DNA of 32,060 nucleotides, taken from positions 1-32,060 of the IMG/VR virus record IMGVR_UViG_3300030060_008055; one strand, 5' to 3'. Below, piece after piece: positions 1 to 8,301 of this stretch (within the stretch, counting starts at the first letter, position 1; the number at the start of each line of letters is the position of its first letter). Below the pieces are notes generated by a model. It made no database searches and had not been told where the DNA came from. It saw nothing but the letters and a program-made list of their open reading frames with translations. This stretch comes from a virus (Duplodnaviria; Caudoviricetes). The translations under genes were made by a program, and so were the position numbers.

Positions 1-713
1 CGACAGGTTTAAGAATAGAGCTACAAACGACTGGAGAAAATTCAGGAACTTGGGGTACTATTACAAACAATAACTTTTCTCAAGTTTTCGAATTTGCAAT
101 AGCAGGCGTTTATGCAAAAACTCTTTCTGGCACAGGACCCACAACTTTAACAAATAATGATGGTCCACAATCTCAAGCAAACAATGAAGCAAGACAAAAC
201 CAAATAATTTTTTCTGGAACTATTTCTACTACTCACATAGTGCAATTTCCAGCTACACAAAAAACTTACGGACTTTACAATAATATCTCAGGTGGAGCGG
301 ATGTTACAGCAAGATTAGGAGCTACTGGAAATACTGTTACAATATCAAATGGTAAGTATAGATTAGTTTCTACTGACGGCACAAATTGGTATGATATTTT
401 TACTCTAGCTGGTCTAGGTGAAACATGGATTAAGAAAACATCTGATTATACTGCATCAGCAGGCGATAATATTTTTGTTGATACAAATGGAGGAGCGGTT
501 GCTATAACTTTACCAAGCTCCGCAGCTATTGGTGATCAAATAAAATTTATTGATGCAGAAGGAACTTTTGCAACTCATAACTTGACTGTAAATAGAAACG
601 GTCACAAGATACAAGGTTCTGAGGCTAATTTAACAGTATCAACTAGTGGTTCTGGCTTTGCGTTGGTGTACAATGACAGTGACAATGGTTGGAGATTAAA
701 GTATAACGATTAA
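1..713 (+). CDS. Tail fibre / tail-associated structural protein, 5'-truncated by the window edge
   Basis: The frame of the 240..713 ORF is open back to base 3 (TGLRIELQTTGENSGTWGTITNNNFSQVFEFAIAG...), so the true start lies upstream of the window. The C-terminal YTASAGDNIFVDT..GAVAITLP..IGDQIKFIDA..F.THNLTVNRNG.KIQG module is typical of phage tail fibre proteins. Directly precedes a tail collar gene. Confidence 0.75.
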   Translation, partial: TGLRIELQTTGENSGTWGTITNNNFSQVFEFAIAGVYAKTLSGTGPTTLTNNDGPQSQANNEARQNQIIFSGTISTTHIVQFPATQKTYGLYNNISGGADVTARLGATGNTVTISNGKYRLVSTDGTNWYDIFTLAGLGETWIKKTSDYTASAGDNIFVDTNGGAVAITLPSSAAIGDQIKFIDAEGTFATHNLTVNRNGHKIQGSEANLTVSTSGSGFALVYNDSDNGWRLKYND

Positions 714-715
714 TT

Positions 716-1363
716 ATGGCTAACTTACAAGATATAGTAAACAGAAGTGAAGTAGGGGCTATTAAGCCTTGGACAAAAACAACAGCTCCCGCAGGTTATT
801 TATTATGTGATGGTTCTGCCGTTTCAAGAACAACATATGCAGATTTATTTGCAGTTATTTCTACAACCTATGGTGCAGGTGATAGCTCAACAACTTTTAA
901 CGTACCAAACTTACAAGGTAAAATGCCACAAGGTTTTGATGGTAATACTTACAATTTAGCAGGTACAGGAGGAGCTAATACAGTAACAGTTTCTTTGACT
1001 AATAACCAAGGTGTATCACTAACAAATAACCAAGCAGTTACAGTAACAGGTAGCATATCAAACACTTCACTAACAGAAGCACAATTAGCTTCACACAGCC
1101 ACCCAACAAACATACCACATCCATTTCAAGATAACGTAAACGATGGAGAGGCTACTGGTTACAAAAGATTTAATAACGCAGGAGGGATTCAAGAGTCTGG
1201 TGGGACAAATACCACTGGATCAGGAACAGGTCACAATCACTCACACACTTTATCTGGGACTTTAACTGGGACTGTGACGGGAACTTTATCAGGAACTGTA
1301 ACAGGATCAGGAACTAATTCTTTTTCACCTTTCGTAGTTGTTAACTACATTATAAAACATTGA
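716..1363 (+). CDS. Short tail fibre with phage tail collar domain and His-x-His needle
   Basis: N-terminal GAIKPW...APAGYLLCDGSAVSRTTYADLFAVI.TTYG.GD.STTFNVPNLQG is the canonical tail collar motif. HSH and HNHSH motifs, and C-terminal PFVVVNYIIK, are as in T4 gp12/gp37-like tips. Confidence 0.9.
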   Translation: MANLQDIVNRSEVGAIKPWTKTTAPAGYLLCDGSAVSRTTYADLFAVISTTYGAGDSSTTFNVPNLQGKMPQGFDGNTYNLAGTGGANTVTVSLTNNQGVSLTNNQAVTVTGSISNTSLTEAQLASHSHPTNIPHPFQDNVNDGEATGYKRFNNAGGIQESGGTNTTGSGTGHNHSHTLSGTLTGTVTGTLSGTVTGSGTNSFSPFVVVNYIIKH

Positions 1364-1372
1364 GGATAATTT

Positions 1373-1813
1373 ATGGCTGATCAAATTGTAATTGCAAACG
1401 GAGAAAGTATTCTTGTAGATAATTCATTTCATATTCCATGGGCTGATAAAGGAAAAAATTGGGTAGACGCTTGGTGTCCAAACACAATACATTTTGTTAT
1501 TTGGAATAATCTTCCAGGGCAAAATGAAATTCAAAATAAAGATGCAAGCACTGGTATGATGACAAGTAACACAAGTTTAAACGCTACGTCTGATGCAGTG
1601 GGATCTACTACTGTTGCAGATTTATTGACTTGGGCTGGTGTAAGACAATTGCAAATTGAAGAGGCAATGGCAGAACATAACTCGGCTAGATCAACTGAAT
1701 TCAATACTCAACTAGCAGCTTGGGAAGCAGCAGATTCAAGTAATAATGAAGACAATTTTAATACTTTTTCCTGGTCAAAAACCTGGAGAGACTATGACTC
1801 TAACTACTCTTAA
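1373..1813 (+). CDS. Hypothetical protein, possibly tail fibre assembly/chaperone
   Basis: 146-aa ORF preceded by GAGGA RBS. Function is inferred only from its position after the collar gene. Confidence 0.5.
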   Translation: MADQIVIANGESILVDNSFHIPWADKGKNWVDAWCPNTIHFVIWNNLPGQNEIQNKDASTGMMTSNTSLNATSDAVGSTTVADLLTWAGVRQLQIEEAMAEHNSARSTEFNTQLAAWEAADSSNNEDNFNTFSWSKTWRDYDSNYS

Positions 1814-2352
1814 ACTATCCAAGTAACTATAGCGTGTCTATCACCGTTTGAAACGGGTTTAACTGAGTGCGGAAAACAAAAATTACTAGGAAATACGACA
1901 GCGCTACCAGATTTTTTTTTAACAACATATTCATCATTAAAAAAAGAAAAATCACCGCCATCATAATCTTCATTTAAAATAAGAGAACAACTTAAAACTC
2001 TTGGCTGTAAATCAAAATGATCTACGTGAGTTTTATATTCACCTTTTTCAGATCCTTTATAAATTAAATGATTGTAGCCTGTATCTTCAGTAGTTAGTCC
2101 TGTAGAAAAAAATTTAAATGTGTCGGAATATATTTTAAGTATATTACCAACTGCAATAAATATTTTATCCTCATATACTTTATCTAGTTTAGAAACATAA
2201 CAATTTCTGTAACTTGTTTCGTTGTCGTCACCAACAGTAGCTTTTTTAAAATTTTTAAAGTTTGTACTTTTTATTATTTGTTCACAGACATCTAAATCTA
2301 AAATATTTTCATAACATTTTATATAATCTGTAATATTATTAATTTTTGTCAT
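1810..2352 (-). CDS. 2OG-Fe(II) dioxygenase, prolyl 4-hydroxylase-like
   Basis: HVD...LSCSLILNEDYDGGDF...VFPS...H.V.PV..G.R..IVTW, i.e. the HxD...H facial triad plus the 2OG-binding Arg. Confidence 0.9.
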   Translation of the reverse strand: MTKINNITDYIKCYENILDLDVCEQIIKSTNFKNFKKATVGDDNETSYRNCYVSKLDKVYEDKIFIAVGNILKIYSDTFKFFSTGLTTEDTGYNHLIYKGSEKGEYKTHVDHFDLQPRVLSCSLILNEDYDGGDFSFFNDEYVVKKKSGSAVVFPSNFCFPHSVKPVSNGDRHAIVTWIV

Positions 2353-3035
2353 TTAAAAACTTTTTTGTTCCAAAACATTTTTTTATATCTATCAACCCAT
2401 TTACTATTTAATAAATTAAATGTTTTTAAATGTAATTTTTCGTAATAAAAACCTGACCACATTTTCCATGGCTCTCTTCTAAATGGAATTACTTGAACCA
2501 TTGGATCACCTTTTTTTATTATAAATTGCTCATCCTTTTTATTTAATAAAAATGGAAAATGTATTGTATTAACATATGTGTCTGTATCAACTACGCCAGG
2601 TATAATATCAAATCTAGGTTCAAGTCTGTTCATCGGTTTTAAAAATAAACAACTATAACCTGGTGGTGTTTTAATTAACCATTTGTTAATAAATTTTCCT
2701 GCTTTTTCATCACGTGTTTTTCTCCATTTTTCTGGAAGCTGTGACCCTTCATGATATGAATCTCTATCACTTTCTTTATTTGCTGCTGTGATAGTAAAAT
2801 CATCTTCCACAGGATCTATTATATAGTCTTGATCAAAAGGTATTATGTACCCTGCCGTCATAGAATCTAAAAAAGGAATGCAAGTTTTTAAAGTTGGAGC
2901 ATGTAAATTATTATTTGAAAATCTTTCTAGTTTTTTATATTCGTCTGGTATAAATTTTGACGCAGGTTTTGGATGTGGCCAAACTTCTAAATACGTTTTA
3001 TTAACCGCAATAAAATTTATTTTTTTACTAAACAA
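2349..3035 (-). CDS. Conserved phage hypothetical protein (DUF6065-like)
   Basis: T.K.C.PF.D.M..GY, W.IKTPPGYS.LF, I.PG.VDTD.Y and IKKG.P..Q.IPF.R motifs resemble a family I recall from oxygenase-rich marine phage loci. Family assignment is from memory. Confidence 0.55.
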   Translation of the reverse strand: MFSKKINFIAVNKTYLEVWPHPKPASKFIPDEYKKLERFSNNNLHAPTLKTCIPFLDSMTAGYIIPFDQDYIIDPVEDDFTITAANKESDRDSYHEGSQLPEKWRKTRDEKAGKFINKWLIKTPPGYSCLFLKPMNRLEPRFDIIPGVVDTDTYVNTIHFPFLLNKKDEQFIIKKGDPMVQVIPFRREPWKMWSGFYYEKLHLKTFNLLNSKWVDRYKKMFWNKKVFK

Positions 3036-3042
3036 TTTATCT

Positions 3043-3630
3043 TTACAATTTTTTTATGAAATTAAATGACATAGATCTTCTAATGTCATTTTTGTTTTTA
3101 GTTTTGAAAGGCATAACGCAGTGAGTATGTATGGCCTCAAAAATGTAAAAATCACCAACTTTAGGTTCATGCCATGTAATTCTACCATTATCTCCTAAAA
3201 AAGCTAATTGACCGTCTTTAAATTTATGTGGATCTCTTGCATCATTTACAAATTCTGGAATTTTTAAAAATAAAACAGTAGACCAACCAGTGCCGTTGTG
3301 ATGAGTGTGTGGTGGATTATATTCATTTTCACGCATATCGTTAATCCAACAACTTAAAATTGTTAATTGTTGATTATCTTCTATTAAGCCTACTTGTAGT
3401 AAAGTATCCATGTAGTCATTCATACAATCTACTATATTCTTAGAAATTTTAGTTTGTCCTAATAAATTAGTAAATTCTAATTCTGAATCTAATCTACCAG
3501 CAAGTCTGTGGCCAAAAGAGTTTAATCTTCTTTTTTCACTCTCATATTTATTATTTAAATCTTCAATTGCATCTAAAGGCATGGAATATTTTTTTACTAT
3601 TTTTCCAAAAACTTCTGTTTTTGCTTTCAT
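3043..3630 (-). CDS. Putative 2OG-Fe(II) oxygenase (TIGR02466 / 2OG-FeII_Oxy_5-like)
   Basis: WIN.M...EYNPPHTH...S.VLFLK.P...P.VGD.YIF...H.V.PF...RRSMSFN. Confidence 0.85.
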   Translation of the reverse strand: MKAKTEVFGKIVKKYSMPLDAIEDLNNKYESEKRRLNSFGHRLAGRLDSELEFTNLLGQTKISKNIVDCMNDYMDTLLQVGLIEDNQQLTILSCWINDMRENEYNPPHTHHNGTGWSTVLFLKIPEFVNDARDPHKFKDGQLAFLGDNGRITWHEPKVGDFYIFEAIHTHCVMPFKTKNKNDIRRSMSFNFIKKL

Positions 3631-4223
3631 TTTAAAGTCAAAGCTCCGTTATTATAATCAAGAGATGTGTTTTTTTTACCAAATGTTCCTCTTGCAAATA
3701 CTTCAAATGCTAAACATATTCTTGTGTTATCAGTTAAGTGAGGACCAATTTGATGATACAGTTTTGCATCAAACATTATTAAATCATTTTTTCTTGGAAA
3801 AAAACTTAAACGTTTTTGATTATACAAATTTGGTTTTTCAAAATCGTATTCAAGATATTGATAATCCGATCCTCTACTAAATATTATTGAATCTTGATCC
3901 TCATCTAAATCAAGATATAAAACCCCTGTAAAAAAAGAATTTGTGTGATTATGAAAACGAGAAGTAAGATCTTGATTACTTAATTTTATAATCCAAGATC
4001 TTGTAACATAAAAAGATAATTCTGTTGATATTCCTAATACATCATGTGTAAATTTTTCTACATGTTTTTCTATCTGTTTTTTTATATCTGCAAATTGTTT
4101 TAAATTTAAGACATCTGTTATTGAGTATCCATTTTTGTCAAACTTGATCTCACTAATGTCATAGGAAGAAATGGATAAATTTTCTTGATATACCACTTCT
4201 GGAAATATTTCTAGTATTTGCAT
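3627..4223 (-). CDS. Putative 2OG-Fe(II) oxygenase (TIGR02466-like)
   Basis: SW...FHNHTNSFFTGVLYL...P..NDLIMF...L.H......RICLAF. Confidence 0.85.
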   Translation of the reverse strand: MQILEIFPEVVYQENLSISSYDISEIKFDKNGYSITDVLNLKQFADIKKQIEKHVEKFTHDVLGISTELSFYVTRSWIIKLSNQDLTSRFHNHTNSFFTGVLYLDLDEDQDSIIFSRGSDYQYLEYDFEKPNLYNQKRLSFFPRKNDLIMFDAKLYHQIGPHLTDNTRICLAFEVFARGTFGKKNTSLDYNNGALTLK

Positions 4224-4283
4224 TCTTTTCTACATATTTATAGCACAAAACTTTTGTCAAGAAAACAATTATAAAAAATACTA

Positions 4284-4311
4284 TTGCCAACAATAAAAAT
4301 ATGCTTACATT
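4284..4311 (+). promoter_or_regulatory. Putative sigma70-like promoter for the 51-aa ORF
   Basis: TTGCCA (4284-4289), 16-nt spacer, TACATT (4306-4311), in a divergent intergenic gap. Confidence 0.35.
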
Positions 4312-4347
4312 AGGTTCTCACCAAAATTAACAATCACAGGAGAAAAT

Positions 4348-4503
4348 ATGGAAAATACAGATTTAAATAAAGCCATTGCCTACCTTGCAGATAAGGTGAG
4401 CAAATATCACGAAAGACTATTGGCAGTTGAAAGAGACGTTAAAAGACACGAAGAGAATAATGAAAAACATTGTTGTGATGATTGTTCATGTAAAAAATCT
4501 TAA
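4348..4503 (+). CDS. Small Cys/His-rich protein (51 aa), not in ORF track
   Basis: AGGAG RBS at 4338-4342, ATG at 4348. Translation MENTDLNKAIAYLADKVSKYHERLLAVERDVKRHEENNEKHCCDDCSCKKS*. Its stop abuts the stop of the convergent gene. Confidence 0.75.
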   Translation: MENTDLNKAIAYLADKVSKYHERLLAVERDVKRHEENNEKHCCDDCSCKKS

Positions 4504-4972
4504 TTAATGTGGAACATCAAATTTATAAGCTAAAGATATTCTTATCATTCCTTTAGGGAGAGATCTATCAGGTGCTTGACCCCAGTGTTTTTTATGGGCT
4601 GGAAATAATACAGCCCTGTTAGGTCTAAATTCTACAACATTTTTAAGTTCATCTCTTTCATCAAAAAATGAAAGATGTCCTTGGTACTCTACTTGCCACT
4701 CTAAATTTGGATAATATAAAAGAGTTAAATTACCATCATCTGTGTGAGGATTACCTACTTGACACGCAGTTTGTCCGTTTGCATATATTCTACGAAATTG
4801 ATAATTTTTTATGAATTTCTTTTAGTAACTTATCACTAAAAAAAGAATCATCTTCTAAATGATTTAAATGCCACAAACCTCTGTAAGATAAAATCCATTT
4901 TTCGCTTTCTCTTAGTTTGTGCCAAACATTTTTGTGTAAGTCTTTTGAAAAAAAATTATCAAAAACTTGCAT
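4504..4972 (-). pseudogene. 2OG-Fe(II) dioxygenase split by a +1 frameshift near 4805-4810
   Basis: The 60-aa ORF 4790..4972 stops at TAG. The +1 frame continues NYQFRRIYANGQTACQVGNPHTDDGNLTLLYYPNLEWQVEYQGHLSFF...FRPNRAVLFPAHKKHWGQAP...RISLAYKFDVPH* to 4504 with an intact HTD...H...R motif. Total span is 469 nt (3n+1). Confidence 0.85.
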
Positions 4973-5224
4973 TTATTCTGGAGTTTCTCCTAACATATCA
5001 GCTAAAGACGGTGCAAAAATTTTAACATCTCTTCTAATTTTTTCTTCAGTAGTTGAGGATGATGGGTCATCAATATCTGCTTGAGCTGCAGCTTCTGATT
5101 CGTACTCAGCTCCAGTGTCTACATTTGTTATTGTTGTTTCTGTTTTTACTTTGTATTTAGGAATTTTTCTACCATCTTCTGTTGTGATGTGTCCTAGTAG
5201 TTTAGCTGGTTCAATTATCGGCAT
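4973..5224 (-). CDS. Hypothetical protein (83 aa)
   Basis: Compact ORF overlapping the upstream gene. Codon usage resembles the structural genes. Confidence 0.7.
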   Translation of the reverse strand: MPIIEPAKLLGHITTEDGRKIPKYKVKTETTITNVDTGAEYESEAAAQADIDDPSSSTTEEKIRRDVKIFAPSLADMLGETPE

Positions 5225-5801
5225 TTTGTCCCCACATAATATTAAAACTTAAAATAATTCTATCTTCATTAGAATTATTTATTTTAACTTCATGTTGTAA
5301 CCAAGATGGAAAAAAAATCAAGTCATTATCCTTTGGTTCATAGCTTACACTATGTGTTAAATGCACAGAGGCATTCTTGTTTACAGGTGCAGATAATATT
5401 TCAGCTTGTGGTCTTGGATCTAAAAATACTAAATTTCCACTTTTTTGTGGCACTTTTAGGTAATATACACCAGATAAAAAATTATAAGGATGAGTGTGAA
5501 CAGTATTACGTGAACCTGGTGGATTTATTATCGCCCAGAGACCAGTTAATTCTGGATCTATATTATTCTGTAATTCTAAATGTTTGAAACACTCTTTAGC
5601 GTTAAATAGTATATCACCAGTTATTTGTTTAAATTTTTCATCTTTATACAATTCATCGTGACTGTGCCAACCACCAATATTAGATTTTGGAACACCTTTT
5701 TCATCTTGTATTTTTATCTCATAAAGCCTGTTTACTAAATTTTCATGACCTACTAATTTTGTTATCATTATTGGCGTTATAAATAGTGATTGTAATTTCA
5801 T
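5211..5801 (-). CDS. TIGR02466-family putative 2OG-Fe(II) oxygenase
   Basis: SN.GGWHS, W..INPPGS.N..HTHP..FLSGVYYLKVP..SGNLVF.DPR, LIFFPSWL.HEV..N.S.EDRI..SFN. AAGGA RBS. Confidence 0.9.
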   Translation of the reverse strand: MKLQSLFITPIMITKLVGHENLVNRLYEIKIQDEKGVPKSNIGGWHSHDELYKDEKFKQITGDILFNAKECFKHLELQNNIDPELTGLWAIINPPGSRNTVHTHPYNFLSGVYYLKVPQKSGNLVFLDPRPQAEILSAPVNKNASVHLTHSVSYEPKDNDLIFFPSWLQHEVKINNSNEDRIILSFNIMWGQNADN

Positions 5802-5802
5802 T

Positions 5803-5901
5803 TTAGTCCTTTCTTATTCTTGTTATTGAGTTCTTCCTTTTTTTTGGGTGGATACCATATTTAATGTACATCCAAATTAATTTAAAAATTAATTGTTTCA
5901 T
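5803..5901 (-). CDS. Small basic/hydrophobic peptide (32 aa), not in ORF track
   Basis: GAAAGGA RBS, ATG at 5901. Translation MKQLIFKLIWMYIKYGIHPKKRKNSITRIRKD*. Fills the gap between two genes exactly. Confidence 0.5.
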   Translation of the reverse strand: MKQLIFKLIWMYIKYGIHPKKRKNSITRIRKD

Positions 5902-5911
5902 TTTATCCTTT

Positions 5912-6274
5912 CTATAGTTGACCTTTTGTAACCTCCATAAAGCTTACAATTATATGAACTTGGTTAGCAGCATTAGCTTGTGCTTTTAAAACATCAGATT
6001 CTTGCAACACAAGTGGTTGCGATAACAATTCTGTCGTTGTGTTTGTAGCAACACTTTTAGCTTTAAATAATTCGAAAGTTGCAGATGATCTTACTACCTC
6101 TAAATCTACGAGTGTCGTACTTCCAGAGTCATTACAAATTAAAATTGATTTTATCACATCTGTTGTAGGAGGGACGGGTGGCGTAGCACCAGGATCAGCT
6201 GTGGGCACCGTTAATACGGTTGTTAAATCTGTTGAAGTCATATCAACCATTGAACTTTTAAATGTATTAGCCAA
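5912..6274 (-). CDS. Putative virion structural protein (120 aa)
   Basis: TTG start with upstream GGAG. MANTFK...IKSILICND...ELLSQPLVLQESDVLK pattern is typical of small podovirus tail proteins. Follows the 617-aa and 55-aa genes. Confidence 0.6.
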   Translation of the reverse strand: MANTFKSSMVDMTSTDLTTVLTVPTADPGATPPVPPTTDVIKSILICNDSGSTTLVDLEVVRSSATFELFKAKSVATNTTTELLSQPLVLQESDVLKAQANAANQVHIIVSFMEVTKGQL

Positions 6275-6434
6275 GGAAAAAACTCTCCGATTCTGATTCT
6301 TCTTTTAAATCTTGTTGATAGTTAGTGTTAAGTAATAATATTATTTGATCTAATAATTTTATCATCTGATCAAACTGACCTGCATCATACTCTGGTGTAG
6401 CATTAGGTAATCTTGTTATTGTAATTTTAGCCAT
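6267..6434 (-). CDS. Small putative structural protein (55 aa), not in ORF track
   Basis: ATG overlaps the stop of the 617-aa gene (TAATG). Translation MAKITITRLPNATPEYDAGQFDQMIKLLDQIILLLNTNYQQDLKEESESESFFLG*. Overlaps the next gene by 8 nt. Confidence 0.8.
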   Translation of the reverse strand: MAKITITRLPNATPEYDAGQFDQMIKLLDQIILLLNTNYQQDLKEESESESFFLG

Positions 6435-8287
6435 TATCTTCTACCGTCTGGTCTTATCTGCAATTTCTGTGAACCAAGTCTCCAAGGTGTATCATCAACT
6501 GTATTAGTTGTATATCTTATTTTCACTGCTCTACCTCTACCTCGCACACTTATTTTCTCAGTAGTGCTAGTAATAGAGCCAGTGGTTTGTACATTCGAAG
6601 CTGATTGAGGGTATTGTTCAAGTGTTAATCTTGCTGTCATGGTGTTTGCAAGATTGTCAAAATCAGGAACTAATTTACTTACTGACATTAGCTGATCACC
6701 GTCCGCTATTTCTACAGATCCTGTTTCAAGAAAAGCTGTTATTGCTGTGCCGTCAGCTTGATTGTTGCCTACTTCATGCTCATAAATAAAAGATGCACCC
6801 GCTGTTAAACCTAAAATTGAAGTAGCGTTGGCTGTTGTAGAGCTACTATACTCAGTAGCAATAGGAGATTCGTAAACATAAGCACCAAGCCAAGTTGTTC
6901 TAGCTAAATTTATTGTATACCAAGTTCCCTCTAAGTAATTATAAGCAACAGCCCTGTCTATTTGAGATGCGTTTGCTGAAGGATAATACCATATAATTTC
7001 ATTGTAGGCAGTGTTTAGGCCAACAGCGATATCGTTTTTGTTAGTATAACTAATATTATCAAAGACAAAATCTTGAACAGAGCAGGGCATTTTTTTTACA
7101 ACACCATCATATAGATAAAAGGCGTCATCAGACATCCAATATGCTACCCCATTAACTTCTATGGCAGCATGTTGAGCAATTAAACCTGCATTTGCACCAA
7201 GTTGTCTTAATCCAAATGTAAAAGGTGATCCTACAAACTGTAGACCATGTAATGAAGTGTCTGTCCAAATAAGAATTTGACCAGCTGATTTGATAGCTCC
7301 TACAATTATTGATCCATCTGATATACGTAATGACCCTGCTTCATTTGTTGCAACAGGTGTATAATCTGTAGCGTCCTCTCTGTCAGAAAATCTTAATAAT
7401 AAATCGTCTTGTGTAGCAGTATTACCTATAGTCGTTTCTGTTCCAAATATTAATAAATGTCTTGTGTCTGTAGAGACTAAACTAAATCTTGATGCTGTAG
7501 GAGCATTAGACAAGGCAGTTGCTCTCGCAGCTAAACCACCCGAGGTGTCCCAAATAAATGTTCCCCCATTTAAAACTGTTGCTATTAAATCTTCACCAAA
7601 ATTGTCTAAAGACCAATTTCTTGCTGTTATTACAACATTAGATGATGATCTTGGTGTATCCCATGTGCTTGCCCCCCAAGTGTCTGTTCCCCAACCGTAC
7701 CCATATGATGATGTTGTAGGTCCTGGGTTAATTTGATATGTAGCAGTGGTTGAACCACCACCACTCGCTGTTGATCCTGTTGCATTAGTTCCAGCATTAA
7801 TAGTAAAAGTATTAGCAGTTGGCACTGTTAAAATTTCAAATTCATTATTAAAATCTATACCATCGACAACATTTGTAGATCCATTATCAAAAGTTACAAA
7901 AGCACCTACCTCAGCATTGTGAGTATTATCTGTTACAGTAACAGTTGATGATCCACTTGATGTGGTAAAAGGATTTGTTAAAGCTTGAGTTTCTCTTAAT
8001 GGAGTTATATCATAAACTTTACCTTCAGAAAAAATATATAGTTTTCTATCTGTGCCTAATGCTAAATACCTTGTTCCATCTAAACCAATCCAAGAATGTG
8101 TGTCTCTTACAGCACCAACCACGGTTACATTAGGATTTGGTAAATTAACCCACCCACCCCATCTTTCAGGTTTACCATAATGAAATCTTACAAAATCAGA
8201 ATCTATATATTTACGTTGATCTCCTGCAGAATAAGCTGAGTCTTGTTTATCTATGCCTGGTTTGAATTTTAAATCTACTAATTGCAT
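6434..8287 (-). CDS. Virion structural protein, probable tail nozzle / DNA stabilisation protein (617 aa)
   Basis: Beta-rich, Thr/Gly/Trp-rich protein (FKPGI, VRF..G.PE..GGW, WSLDNFGEDL, C-terminal WRLG.......PDGRR). Size and context match podovirus nozzle proteins. The exact role is inference. Confidence 0.6.
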   Translation of the reverse strand: MQLVDLKFKPGIDKQDSAYSAGDQRKYIDSDFVRFHYGKPERWGGWVNLPNPNVTVVGAVRDTHSWIGLDGTRYLALGTDRKLYIFSEGKVYDITPLRETQALTNPFTTSSGSSTVTVTDNTHNAEVGAFVTFDNGSTNVVDGIDFNNEFEILTVPTANTFTINAGTNATGSTASGGGSTTATYQINPGPTTSSYGYGWGTDTWGASTWDTPRSSSNVVITARNWSLDNFGEDLIATVLNGGTFIWDTSGGLAARATALSNAPTASRFSLVSTDTRHLLIFGTETTIGNTATQDDLLLRFSDREDATDYTPVATNEAGSLRISDGSIIVGAIKSAGQILIWTDTSLHGLQFVGSPFTFGLRQLGANAGLIAQHAAIEVNGVAYWMSDDAFYLYDGVVKKMPCSVQDFVFDNISYTNKNDIAVGLNTAYNEIIWYYPSANASQIDRAVAYNYLEGTWYTINLARTTWLGAYVYESPIATEYSSSTTANATSILGLTAGASFIYEHEVGNNQADGTAITAFLETGSVEIADGDQLMSVSKLVPDFDNLANTMTARLTLEQYPQSASNVQTTGSITSTTEKISVRGRGRAVKIRYTTNTVDDTPWRLGSQKLQIRPDGRR

Positions 8288-8301
8288 GGATTTATAATAA
8301 A

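Noticed and set aside
716-1813. Diversity-generating retroelement or shufflon acting on the tail fibre tip
   Set aside because: No reverse transcriptase, invertase, second copy of the tip (TR/VR pair) or flanking inverted repeats in the window.
4790-4792. TAG read-through or alternative genetic code as the explanation for the broken oxygenase
   Set aside because: The catalytic half is in a different frame, and TAG/TGA end other genes normally (for example polA ends in TAG).
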